Assembly: GCA_964291675.2 (NCBI GenBank)
Contig: OZ219866.1
Span: 128,001 to 192,000 of the forward strand
Reading direction: 5' to 3'
DNA: 64,000 nt
Origin: Alphaproteobacteria bacterium
GTDB lineage: Bacteria > Pseudomonadota > Alphaproteobacteria > MPNO01
The translations under genes and the position numbers were made by a program. A model generated the notes under the pieces. It had not been told where the DNA came from and ran no database searches. It was given only the letters and a program-made list of their open reading frames with translations. Of the stretch, positions 9,139 through 18,300 are shown piece after piece; the stretch's first letter is position 1; the number at the start of each line of letters is the position of its first letter.

Positions 9139-11200
9139 CGGCGACCTCCGCCTTCATGCGGGCGAGGAAGGCCACGCCTTCCGCCATGCGCCTCTCCCAG
9201 GGGTCCTGCGACGTGATCGACGGAAGCCGGCCCCGCTCCTGCTTGAACCTGAGGGCGCGGCGCGCGAGATCGCGCGCCTCCTCGGGCGTGAGCTGAATCT
9301 TCTTCGCGGTGATAACGGCGGCGACCTGCTTCAGGCTCTCCTCGCTCATCGTCTTGGCCAGGATCGCGTAAGCCTCGCCGAAGGGGTTGATCCTGTCGAT
9401 CAGGTCGATGTCGAGATCGCGCACGTCCATGGCGAACTTCCGGACGCCGTCGATCAGCGCTGTGCTGCCGTTCGTCTGCGCTTCCGTCTCGTCGAGCACG
9501 GCCTCCTTCGCCTTCTGGGTCAGGTTCAGAGCGGCGACGGCGTGCTGACGCACCGCCTCCCGGTCCTCTTCGGAGAGTTCCGGGTACCGGTCCTTAACGA
9601 TCTTACCCATGCGAACCTGGGTCAATTCCTCGGGCACGAGCTCCTCGTCGAACAGCCCACGCTCGACGGAAGTCTTGTCCTGCGCGAACGCAGCGATCAC
9701 CTCGTTCAGGTCTTCCCGGCAGATCCGCTCGGCCTCCTTCCCCTTTGGCGCCGCAAGCCCCTTGATCTCGATGTGAAACTGGCCGGTTTGGTCGTTGAAA
9801 CCGACGTTGCACTTCTCGGGGTCGTAGCCCCCCTCGCCATAGTCGGTGCCCTCGACGGGACCGCTGTCCGGCTTCTTCGGGGTGAAGTTGAAGCGGGGCG
9901 CGAGCACCTGTTCCATCAGCAAGCTCGCTGCGATGGCTTTGAGCGTGTCGTTCACGGCCTCGGTGACCGCTTCTTCCGAGGCGTCCGGCTCGGCGATCAG
10001 GTTGGTGAAGCGGGCGCGGGTCTTGCCGGGCGCGTCGCGGGTCGCGCGGCCGATGATCTGCACGATTTCGGTGAGGCTGGAGCGGTAGCCCACCGTCAGC
10101 GCGTGATCGCACCAGACCCAGTCGAAGCCCTCCTTGGCCATGCCGAGGGCAACGATGATATCGACATGGTCGCGGTCGTCCATCCGGTTTTGATTCCTAA
10201 GCGCGGCCGCGACCCGCTCCCGCCTGCCGGGGTCGTCATCGACCAGGTCGGCAATCCGAAGGACCCGGCCCTTGGGCGTCCTTACCAACTGGAATCCGGT
10301 CGCCGGATCGGCGCCCTGCCACTCGCCGAGCTCCTCAATGATGTGCTCGACCTCGCGGATCTTGTCCTTGGTGCTCTCGCGCGAGTTGACGCTGGGGATG
10401 TGGACGATCGTCTTCTCGTGGGGATCGAGTACCCGCAGAATGTCGTCGGCATAGTTCCCCGTGTAAAAGAAATAGCCGATGTCGAGCCGCTTCAGATACT
10501 CGTAGCCGTTGAGCTGCTCATAGTAGGTGTAGGTGACGGTCTCGAACCTCGCCTCGTCATGGGGCATGAGCACGGGCTCGGCATCACCCCGGAAATACGA
10601 TCCCGTCATGGCGACGATATGCGTCCGGTCGCGCGCGATGAGCTGCCCCACATGCTCGCCCAGGCGGTTGTCGGGGTTGGCAGAGACGTGGTGGAACTCG
10701 TCGACCGCGATCAGCCGGCCGTCGAAGGCGTCCACGCCGAACCGGTCGATGGAGAAGCGGAAGGTGGCGTGAGTGCAGACCAGGATCCGGTCTTCACTTT
10801 CGAGGAACGCCTTGACCGAATTGACCTTGCCGCCGTCGGTGCCCGGCGCGTTGCAGAGATTCCATTTCGGGGAAACGGTCCAGTCGGCCCAGAAGCCGAA
10901 CTCACTCAAGGGTGCGTCGGCGAAGCTCGCGCCGATGGTCTTCTCGGGCACGACGACGATGGCTTGGCGGAGGCCTTGGTTGTACAGCTTGTCCAGCGCG
11001 ATGAACATCAGCGCCCGGCTCTTGCCCGATGCCGGCGGCGACTTGATCAGGAGATACTGCTCGCCCCGCTTCTCCCAAGCCCGCTCCTGCATCGGACGCA
11101 TGCCGAGTTCGTTCGGGCCCGCCGTTCTGTCGTTCTGGGCATAGGTCACAGTGATGGATGGGGTAGTCATTCTAGCCTTATCCGAAGTTGGTAAGCTCAT
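9131..11200 (-). CDS. YeeB-like superfamily 2 DEAD/DEAH helicase
   Basis: SPPASGKS, VDEFHH, MTGS, GMAKEGFDW, QIIGRATR; ATG 11200 overlaps the upstream TGA (alternative start 11170). Confidence 0.85.
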   Translation of the reverse strand: MSLPTSDKARMTTPSITVTYAQNDRTAGPNELGMRPMQERAWEKRGEQYLLIKSPPASGKSRALMFIALDKLYNQGLRQAIVVVPEKTIGASFADAPLSEFGFWADWTVSPKWNLCNAPGTDGGKVNSVKAFLESEDRILVCTHATFRFSIDRFGVDAFDGRLIAVDEFHHVSANPDNRLGEHVGQLIARDRTHIVAMTGSYFRGDAEPVLMPHDEARFETVTYTYYEQLNGYEYLKRLDIGYFFYTGNYADDILRVLDPHEKTIVHIPSVNSRESTKDKIREVEHIIEELGEWQGADPATGFQLVRTPKGRVLRIADLVDDDPGRRERVAAALRNQNRMDDRDHVDIIVALGMAKEGFDWVWCDHALTVGYRSSLTEIVQIIGRATRDAPGKTRARFTNLIAEPDASEEAVTEAVNDTLKAIAASLLMEQVLAPRFNFTPKKPDSGPVEGTDYGEGGYDPEKCNVGFNDQTGQFHIEIKGLAAPKGKEAERICREDLNEVIAAFAQDKTSVERGLFDEELVPEELTQVRMGKIVKDRYPELSEEDREAVRQHAVAALNLTQKAKEAVLDETEAQTNGSTALIDGVRKFAMDVRDLDIDLIDRINPFGEAYAILAKTMSEESLKQVAAVITAKKIQLTPEEARDLARRALRFKQERGRLPSITSQDPWERRMAEGVAFLARMKAEVADG

Positions 11201-12294
11201 CAGAACACACCCCACTCCCGACCACTCGCCATTTTGAAACCTGCGTCGATAGCCTTGCTCTTTTTTACCCAGCTTGCCTTTTCCGCTTTACTCCCAATCG
11301 TCAACCTGAACACGTGCGAGGAAATCTGGCTGAACAGCAAATTTTGTTTGTCATATGCTGCTGGTCCTATGGCACCAGGCATAGGAAGATTTAGCTTGTC
11401 CATCTTATTGTCACTGTATGAGAGTGTATACGCGTGTATTGGCCCTCCGTTAAAACTGATACTGACGCTACCCAACGAGGTATTCTTTGGAACCGCAACC
11501 GGCTCGAATCCAAAAAACACTCTGGACAGTCGTTTCATCATAAGCTGATTTCCTGGAAGTCCCGGGCCTCTATTCCTGGTGATCTTTCCAGCTTCAATCC
11601 AATAGTTGCAGCATACTCTTAGCTTTGTCAAATCCTTACTGCTGAGAGCTCTTCGCGTGTTCTCGCCGCTGGCTAAGTCATCTTCGGTGGTGGTTGGATG
11701 GGACAGATTGGGCACACTTTCGAAGAGCTTAGTGTATCTCTTCAGTACAGCATGATCCAATGGAGTCGCTGCCTTCCAAACGCTGGAATACCACTTCCTC
11801 AACGCCTTCATGGACGCCGCAGAGGTCGGTTCGGTTGGATTTTTGCGCTTTACTGCAAGAGCTAATCCGACCTCCACGCCCTTTGACAAACCGGAGCGGG
11901 ATAGATTTCCTGAGCCCGCGAGGGCAAAGTCACGGTCCTTTCCTCGGAACAAGAATGCCTTGGGATGAAAAGGTAACTTGGGGATCCCACTATGCTCGAG
12001 ACAGAATTTTGCATCATGGACACACACCGACGAAGCAGGAAGAGACAACAAAGTTTCTAGCGCTACCGGTTGAGTGCGGCAATAGTCGAATGAAGTTATC
12101 CAGCGCTTCCTAATACCTTTCCAACTTCCTGGAAGAGCGGCGTCCATCGTATGCAGTAGGTCATGCAATCCGCTAGAAGTGATATAGGCGGCTGCGATGT
12201 CCAGGCTGGTCAAGTGGCCCGCCTTGGCAATGGTTTTTATAGCGTCAAGTGTCGTTCGCGACGCTGGTTGGGCGATGAAGTCTACCGTCTTCAT
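11200..12294 (-). CDS. PLD-family restriction endonuclease-like protein with BfiI-like size and architecture
   Basis: FHPKAFLF...AGSGNLS in the N-terminal half; distinct C-terminal domain ending GREWGVF; 364 aa; visibly lower GC than flanks. Confidence 0.7.
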   Translation of the reverse strand: MKTVDFIAQPASRTTLDAIKTIAKAGHLTSLDIAAAYITSSGLHDLLHTMDAALPGSWKGIRKRWITSFDYCRTQPVALETLLSLPASSVCVHDAKFCLEHSGIPKLPFHPKAFLFRGKDRDFALAGSGNLSRSGLSKGVEVGLALAVKRKNPTEPTSAASMKALRKWYSSVWKAATPLDHAVLKRYTKLFESVPNLSHPTTTEDDLASGENTRRALSSKDLTKLRVCCNYWIEAGKITRNRGPGLPGNQLMMKRLSRVFFGFEPVAVPKNTSLGSVSISFNGGPIHAYTLSYSDNKMDKLNLPMPGAIGPAAYDKQNLLFSQISSHVFRLTIGSKAEKASWVKKSKAIDAGFKMASGREWGVF

Positions 12295-15086
12295 GGCTGT
12301 CTCCTTACGCTAGGAGTTGTTAGATCACCGGGCCGGCTTCCGTTCTGACCAAGCGCATATAGAGCGAAGAGCTTTTCGAGACGTTCCGTATCGTTCTTGA
12401 ACTTCCGTCCAATGTAGATTCGATCGACTGCTTCGTCGTTTCGTTCATGCGCCTGCTTCAACAAGGAGAACTCGTTATCCATCCGGTCTGGATCGTACAT
12501 TTCCCCTATCGTCGCAGGGTAGTAATGCTCTCGTGCGAGCAGTATTTGGCTGGCTGACTCGATTAAGTCGGACTTGTTTTTGCTAGTAATTTTAGGTACA
12601 GGAAAAGTATTCCAGCCCAATGTGTTAGAATATCGATAGTCTGTCTTTAGTTTGCCGCAAACGGCCGCAATCCAAACTAGATGTAGGCGAGAAGCGATAA
12701 CGGCCATGTTCCAGAGCTGCGCGTCATAGAGAGCAAACGCGCTGTCGGCGATCACCGCATTTTCATCGAGCAAGCCGACCGGAAGGTAAGAACGGCGCTC
12801 GGAACTCACGCGCGGGACGATAAGGGTATTGTGTCTCGCGGTGCCTTGGATTTGTACAAAACGATAAGGATCATTCGAATAGTGGCGCGTGGAGCTTGCT
12901 TTGCTTGCCAGACGCATCTTTCTAACAGCCTTCAACCGTCGTGCAACCAAGGGTGACTGCAAGGCGGCGTCACACTGTTCGCGCTCTATCCAAAGGCAAT
13001 ATCGAGTTTTTCCTTGGATAAAATCCTCAGAGCCAAGGAACGGTCGCAGGTAGCGTTGAAAGATTGGGTCAGTCCGGCCGACTCGAATCTTTTCCTCATG
13101 TGAGACAATCAAGTGGCCGCCGTCACGAGGCATATTACCAAAGAGCATAAGCGCGAAGCCCTTCGGTGGTGCACGCCTACTTTGTACGACCAGACTTGGT
13201 CCTTCAACAAGGTAAGGATTGATGTTGTCACACACTTTTTCGAGTACCACGCCATGGGAGTCAAGCGAGTAGAGGCGTTTCGGGCCGCCTCGCTTGTTGG
13301 ATATTCCGACCACAATGACGGTGACGCCCGCATTGTGGCTAGCCAAGTTTGCCCACTTGAAGGATGTATGGGCAAACTTAATTTCGTGTCCTGTCTTAAA
13401 AAGGGCAGGCCAGAGAATCGGTACTTGTTGGCCTTGGCACAGAGAATTTGTTGTTACAAATGCGGCGACGGCATCGGTTTCCGTACCGTAATCCGCAGCC
13501 TTCATTAGCCAAGCAGCAACGTAATCAAGAGATTTCCACCCTTCAACTCGACCGTGGAATACGGCGCGGAGATCGTCCTTTTGGTCCTCCGATTGCAACT
13601 TGTTTCCCAAATAGGGCGGATTGCCGCAGATATAGGTTTCGCCCCCTTCGTTCTCGAAATCGATCTCGGGCTGGGCGAGCGGCGTTTCAAACAAGTCGCC
13701 GGCGGTGTACTTGACGCCGGTGCCTGTCGGCGGGCAGATGTCCAACCAGTCGAGACGCAGCGCATTGCCGCAGGTGATCCAGTTCATGGCGTCGAGCGGC
13801 AGAAACTCGGCGAGAGCTTCCCGTTGGCCGCGGTAGAGGACATCGCACTGATACTCCGCGATGACGAGCGCAAGCCGAGCGATCTCTGCCGGAAAATCGC
13901 GCAACTCGATGCCCCGGAAGTTGGTCAGCGGGATGACCGACCTGCGCCCGATTTCACGTCGCCTCTTGTTGATCTCCGCTTCGATGTCCCGCAATTCCTT
14001 GTAAGCGATGACCAGAAAGTTGCCGGAACCGCACGCCGGATCGAACACGCGGATACGGGCCATGCGGTTGCGCAGGTTCAGGAGTTTGCGGGAATTGGTG
14101 CCGGCGTCTTCCAGTTTCTCGCGAAGATCGTCGAGGAATAACGGGTTGAGCACCTTCAGGATGTTCGGAACGCTGGTGTAGTGCATGCCGAGCGCGCCGC
14201 GCTCCTCGTCGTCGGCGACGGCCTGGATCATCGACCCGAAGATATCGGGGTTGATCTTCTTCCAGTCGAGGTTGCCGATGTGGAGAAGGTAGGACCGTGC
14301 GATCCGGCTGAACCGGGGCACGTCCGTCGACTCCGAAAAGAGCCCTCCGTTCACATACGGAAACGAACCGGCCCAGCGGGGGATGTCAGCATCCTTTCGT
14401 GCGTCGGTATCCGTGTTCATGGCACGGAAGATCTCGCCGATCACCTCGTGAGTGTTCGAGCTGTCGGCTGCACTCATCCGTTCGATCGTGTCCGTGAATA
14501 GACCCGAAACGTTGAAGATGTCGGTGTCCTCGGCGAAGAAGCAAAAGATGAGCCGCGCCATGAAGTGGTTCATTTCGGGGCGGCGGTCGGTGGCGCCCCA
14601 TGCCGGATTTTCCTTCAGCAACTCGACATAGAGGCGGTTCAGGCGTCCGGTCGCTTTGATGTCGAAGGCGCTCTCGCGGATCTGCCTGACGGTCGTGATG
14701 CCGGCGAGTGGCAGGAAGAACCCGAAATGCTCGGGGAAGTCGGGATAGTCACAAACGACAACGTCGCCGCTGTTCAGATCCTCAGCGTGGAAATCCCTCC
14801 CGTCGGTGGCAAGGATGAACTTTGCCTTCGCGCGCGCCGTTGCCGGACTGGCTTTGAGCGCCGCCAGAGTGGCCGCCACCTCGCCCTCGGGGCACACCTT
14901 GATGTGGATGTTGCTGCGCTGGAGTACGCCGCCAAGGTTGGAGCTGTTCGATGCACCCGAGCGCAGGCGCTTGATCGTCGTCTCCTTGTTGCCGAATGTC
15001 CGTAGGAACGCAAAAGGAAAGTCCTTGGCCTCGAACGGTCGTTCGGCCAGCGCTGATATCGCTTCCTCGATCTCAACGGCGTTCAT
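12291..15086 (-). CDS. MmeI/YeeA(DnmA)-like class I SAM-dependent adenine DNA methyltransferase with C-terminal target recognition domain
   Basis: GMHYTS, FDPACGSGNFL (motif I), GNPPY (motif IV), RYSNTLGWNTFP; 931 aa. Confidence 0.9.
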   Translation of the reverse strand: MNAVEIEEAISALAERPFEAKDFPFAFLRTFGNKETTIKRLRSGASNSSNLGGVLQRSNIHIKVCPEGEVAATLAALKASPATARAKAKFILATDGRDFHAEDLNSGDVVVCDYPDFPEHFGFFLPLAGITTVRQIRESAFDIKATGRLNRLYVELLKENPAWGATDRRPEMNHFMARLIFCFFAEDTDIFNVSGLFTDTIERMSAADSSNTHEVIGEIFRAMNTDTDARKDADIPRWAGSFPYVNGGLFSESTDVPRFSRIARSYLLHIGNLDWKKINPDIFGSMIQAVADDEERGALGMHYTSVPNILKVLNPLFLDDLREKLEDAGTNSRKLLNLRNRMARIRVFDPACGSGNFLVIAYKELRDIEAEINKRRREIGRRSVIPLTNFRGIELRDFPAEIARLALVIAEYQCDVLYRGQREALAEFLPLDAMNWITCGNALRLDWLDICPPTGTGVKYTAGDLFETPLAQPEIDFENEGGETYICGNPPYLGNKLQSEDQKDDLRAVFHGRVEGWKSLDYVAAWLMKAADYGTETDAVAAFVTTNSLCQGQQVPILWPALFKTGHEIKFAHTSFKWANLASHNAGVTVIVVGISNKRGGPKRLYSLDSHGVVLEKVCDNINPYLVEGPSLVVQSRRAPPKGFALMLFGNMPRDGGHLIVSHEEKIRVGRTDPIFQRYLRPFLGSEDFIQGKTRYCLWIEREQCDAALQSPLVARRLKAVRKMRLASKASSTRHYSNDPYRFVQIQGTARHNTLIVPRVSSERRSYLPVGLLDENAVIADSAFALYDAQLWNMAVIASRLHLVWIAAVCGKLKTDYRYSNTLGWNTFPVPKITSKNKSDLIESASQILLAREHYYPATIGEMYDPDRMDNEFSLLKQAHERNDEAVDRIYIGRKFKNDTERLEKLFALYALGQNGSRPGDLTTPSVRRQP

Positions 15087-15335
15087 CGATCATTCCATAT
15101 CCGCGTCGAGGATACGCAATCAGGTGTGGCAATCCCACTGCCGGGCGGGCTTTCGGGTGTTGTGAACGGGAATTTGTGAGGCCACCTTGTCACCATATCG
15201 GCAGCCTACTTCGGATGTGGGGGAGGCGATGGCCGCCAGGGAGTGGTGTTCGGACGGTCCCGTACGGGCCCGCGTGCGCTGGCACTGATGAACAGCCGCA
15301 ACAGGGCGCCGGTGAGCAGCGGTTCATGATACACC

Positions 15336-18300
15336 CTACATGCGCATGCTGCGAACCTGGTGGCGCCCCTTACGCCGCTGCCGGGCGGCCTTGCGCGCCT
15401 CCCTCCGCTCGATCTGGCGCCTGTGCAGCTCTCGCAGCTTTTCCGGGTCGTCGAGAAGGCCGGCGATGCGCTCTTCCCTCCGGCGCGGGTCGTCGCCCTT
15501 GCGTTCGGGCACCAGGGCTTCCGCCATGTACCGGTCGTCCTCGCGCAGCACCTCGCGCACCCTGGAGAGCGCGGACCCGAGACCCTCGCCCCGGTGCGTC
15601 AGGCCGTCCAGGTGGATGTCGTAGACCCTCCGGTTGGCGAACTCGATCTCGGCCTCGGCCACCGCCCGGTCGACACTGTCCCGCCACGCGTCGTAGCGCC
15701 TGGCGTCGGGAGCGGGCCGCGTGTCCCAGGCAGACACATGGTCCAGCATGTCGTCGCGGCGCTCCAGTTGGATCAGGACGGCATCGCGGTGCTTCTCGAC
15801 GTGCCCGCGGAGCTCCTCCGGAGCATCGAGCAGGCCGATGACACGGTCGATCTCCGAGCGGGCTCCCTCGGCCAGGTACGGATCGTCACGGGTGGCGGAG
15901 CTCATCTCCCTTCGCAGCGTCCCGTAGCCATCGGTGTAGATGACGTGGACGCCCTCCTTCTCCGCACGGTCCACCTGCCGGTCCCAGCGCTCCCTGAGGC
16001 TCTCCCAGCGTGCGAGCGAGGCCCGCGTCCCGGCTTCGGTCGCGGCCTGCCTCTCGCTCTCCGCGAGGCGCCCGTCCCAGTCGTGCACGCGCCGCAGCCG
16101 CCAGAGCGTCCGCCGCGCCAGCGTGTCGTCGTCCCCGGCTCCGGGCCGAGACGGTTCGGCCCCGATGTCCGGGGCGGTCACCGGCGCGAACCTGAGGCGG
16201 GCCAACGCCCGGGTCAACTGGCCGCGCAGGTACGCTTCCCGCCGGGTCTGCGCCAGCTCCTCATCGTCCTTCCTGATCGCCTCGCCAAGGCCGGAGAGTG
16301 CCATCTCCGCGCGTTCGCGGGCGGCGGGGATATTGTCGAGGTGGGGGCCGCAGGTGTCGCGGTCGGCGAGGATCGCCTTGCCCTCCTGCAGGAGGCGGTC
16401 GGCAGTCCCTCTCCACTTGCCGTATCCGGGCGCCTGCGTGACCGCCACGCTGGCCTGGTCCGCCGCCTCTTCGAGAGCGGCCCGCCGGTTTCCGTGCCGG
16501 TGGGCGTCATCGACGAACTGCTCGACCCGCTTGCGCGCGGCGACGTGACGCTCCCGGTTCTCCAGCGCCAGGACCAGAGACTCCCGCCTGTCGGCCGGGA
16601 CGTCCGGGTTCTCCGTGAGCTCCCGGATGCGCGGGATCAGTTCCGCATAGCCGGCGGTGTAAAACGCGATCGTGCCCGACTGCCGGGCACGATCGATCAG
16701 CGCGTTCCACTCGCCGACCACCGGCTCCCAGGCGGAGCGCCAGTCGGGTTTCGGAGGCTCCGGGGCCTGTGGCGCCAGGTCCTCGAGCGCTCCCCACGCC
16801 GTTTCGGCGCGGATCTCGGCAAGGTCCTCTTCGGTCGGTGGCGGGACGGAAGCGAACCAGTCGGGCGGTACCAGGGACGCCGCATCGACGGCCTCCCCGT
16901 GCGCGGGCCGCACGTCCTTGTACGTCTCCACCCGGGACACCTCGCGTTCGGTCTCCCGCCTAGCCCGATGCGTCTTGCGCATGGTCGCGGAGCGGCGGTG
17001 GCGGCGGGCCCGGTCGTGAAGTTGCTCGAAGTCGTCGAGGTCGACGCTGCGGATGCCGGCGCGTTCAGCCAGCAGCGGGGCGAAGGCCTGCGGGCGCGCC
17101 CGGAAGGGCACGGCCTGCTTGAGCAGCGCCGCGTGGCGGTCGAGGGTCTCGCGGTAGGTGTCGCCCAGGGCCACCGCGTCGCCCTCGGCACGGCTCCTCT
17201 CGCGCAGCTCGTCCCACGCCGCCACCACCTCCTGCCTGCCGGCGGCGAAGGCGTCCACCGCCGCGCCGTGGCGCCAGGCGAAGGCGGTCCGCCGCATGTC
17301 GTGCGCGATCCGCGCCATCGCGTTGTCGTTGGCCGCGGCGCGGACTTCGTCCCCATCCTGGAGACCGGCGCCGACGGCCTGGCCCCGGCGCACGTTCCCG
17401 GCGAGATCCTCCCATTCGCCGTCCCCGAGGTAGTCGAGCGCCGCCTCCTTGGGCCTGGCGCGCGACCAGCGCTCCGCAAGGTACGTCCTGATCTCCCCGT
17501 CCATGACAGGCGCCTCGCGGTCGCTGTCCGCGCGCCGGTCCGCCACGTCGAGCGCCAGCGGAGCGCGGTTGACATAGACGTCGATCTCCTCGCGATGGCG
17601 GGTCGCCGCCGGGTAGATCGTCTCCCGCGACGGGCGGTCGTCGGCCAGCAGGTAGGTCTTGTCCACCGTCAACCCCTGGGCGGCCGCTATGGTCAGCGCA
17701 TAGCCGTGGTCGAGGCGGACGTTGCCGTACCAGTCGCGGATCTCGTCGTGGCGGAACGCCACCCTGCGCCCGTCGTAGGTGCGGGCCGCGATCTCGACCG
17801 GAGCATCGTCCACCGGCCTGTCCCGCGCCTCGCCCGATGTCGGACCCTCCCGCTCCCGGCCCTTCGGATCCGTTCCGGCCGCGCGCGGTAGCACCTCCAG
17901 ATCCTCCACCGTGACCACGGTGCCGTTGAAGAGCTGCTTCTCCCAGCAGGTGGCGCCGATGCGGAGCCGGTCGCCGACGGCGATCTCGAGCGGCGAGACC
18001 GTCCTGTCGTCCTCCGTCCCCCGGCTCACCATGACCGTGACGCGCTTGATCTCCTGGCCGTCCATTTCTCCGCGTCTGGCGAAGCGCTTCTCGCGCATCA
18101 GGTGCGACAGCGCCCGTACCTCGGCGCGGGTGCGCGCCAGCACTACGGCGCTTTGCTCCGGGTGCTGCCTCGTGTAACGCTCCCAGTCGTCCACCAACGA
18201 CGCGAGGGTCTTCTCCTCGTTGTAGCCGAGATGGAACCGGCCCCGCTCGTGCCACGCCTCGATCGCGTCGGCCGCGTCGCCGTCCCTCAGCGCTTCCGAC

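Noticed and set aside
7028-15086. DISARM or BREX assignment
   Set aside because: MTase, PLD and helicase are present, but no DrmB/DUF1998, SNF2 DrmD, PglZ or BrxC is recognisable.
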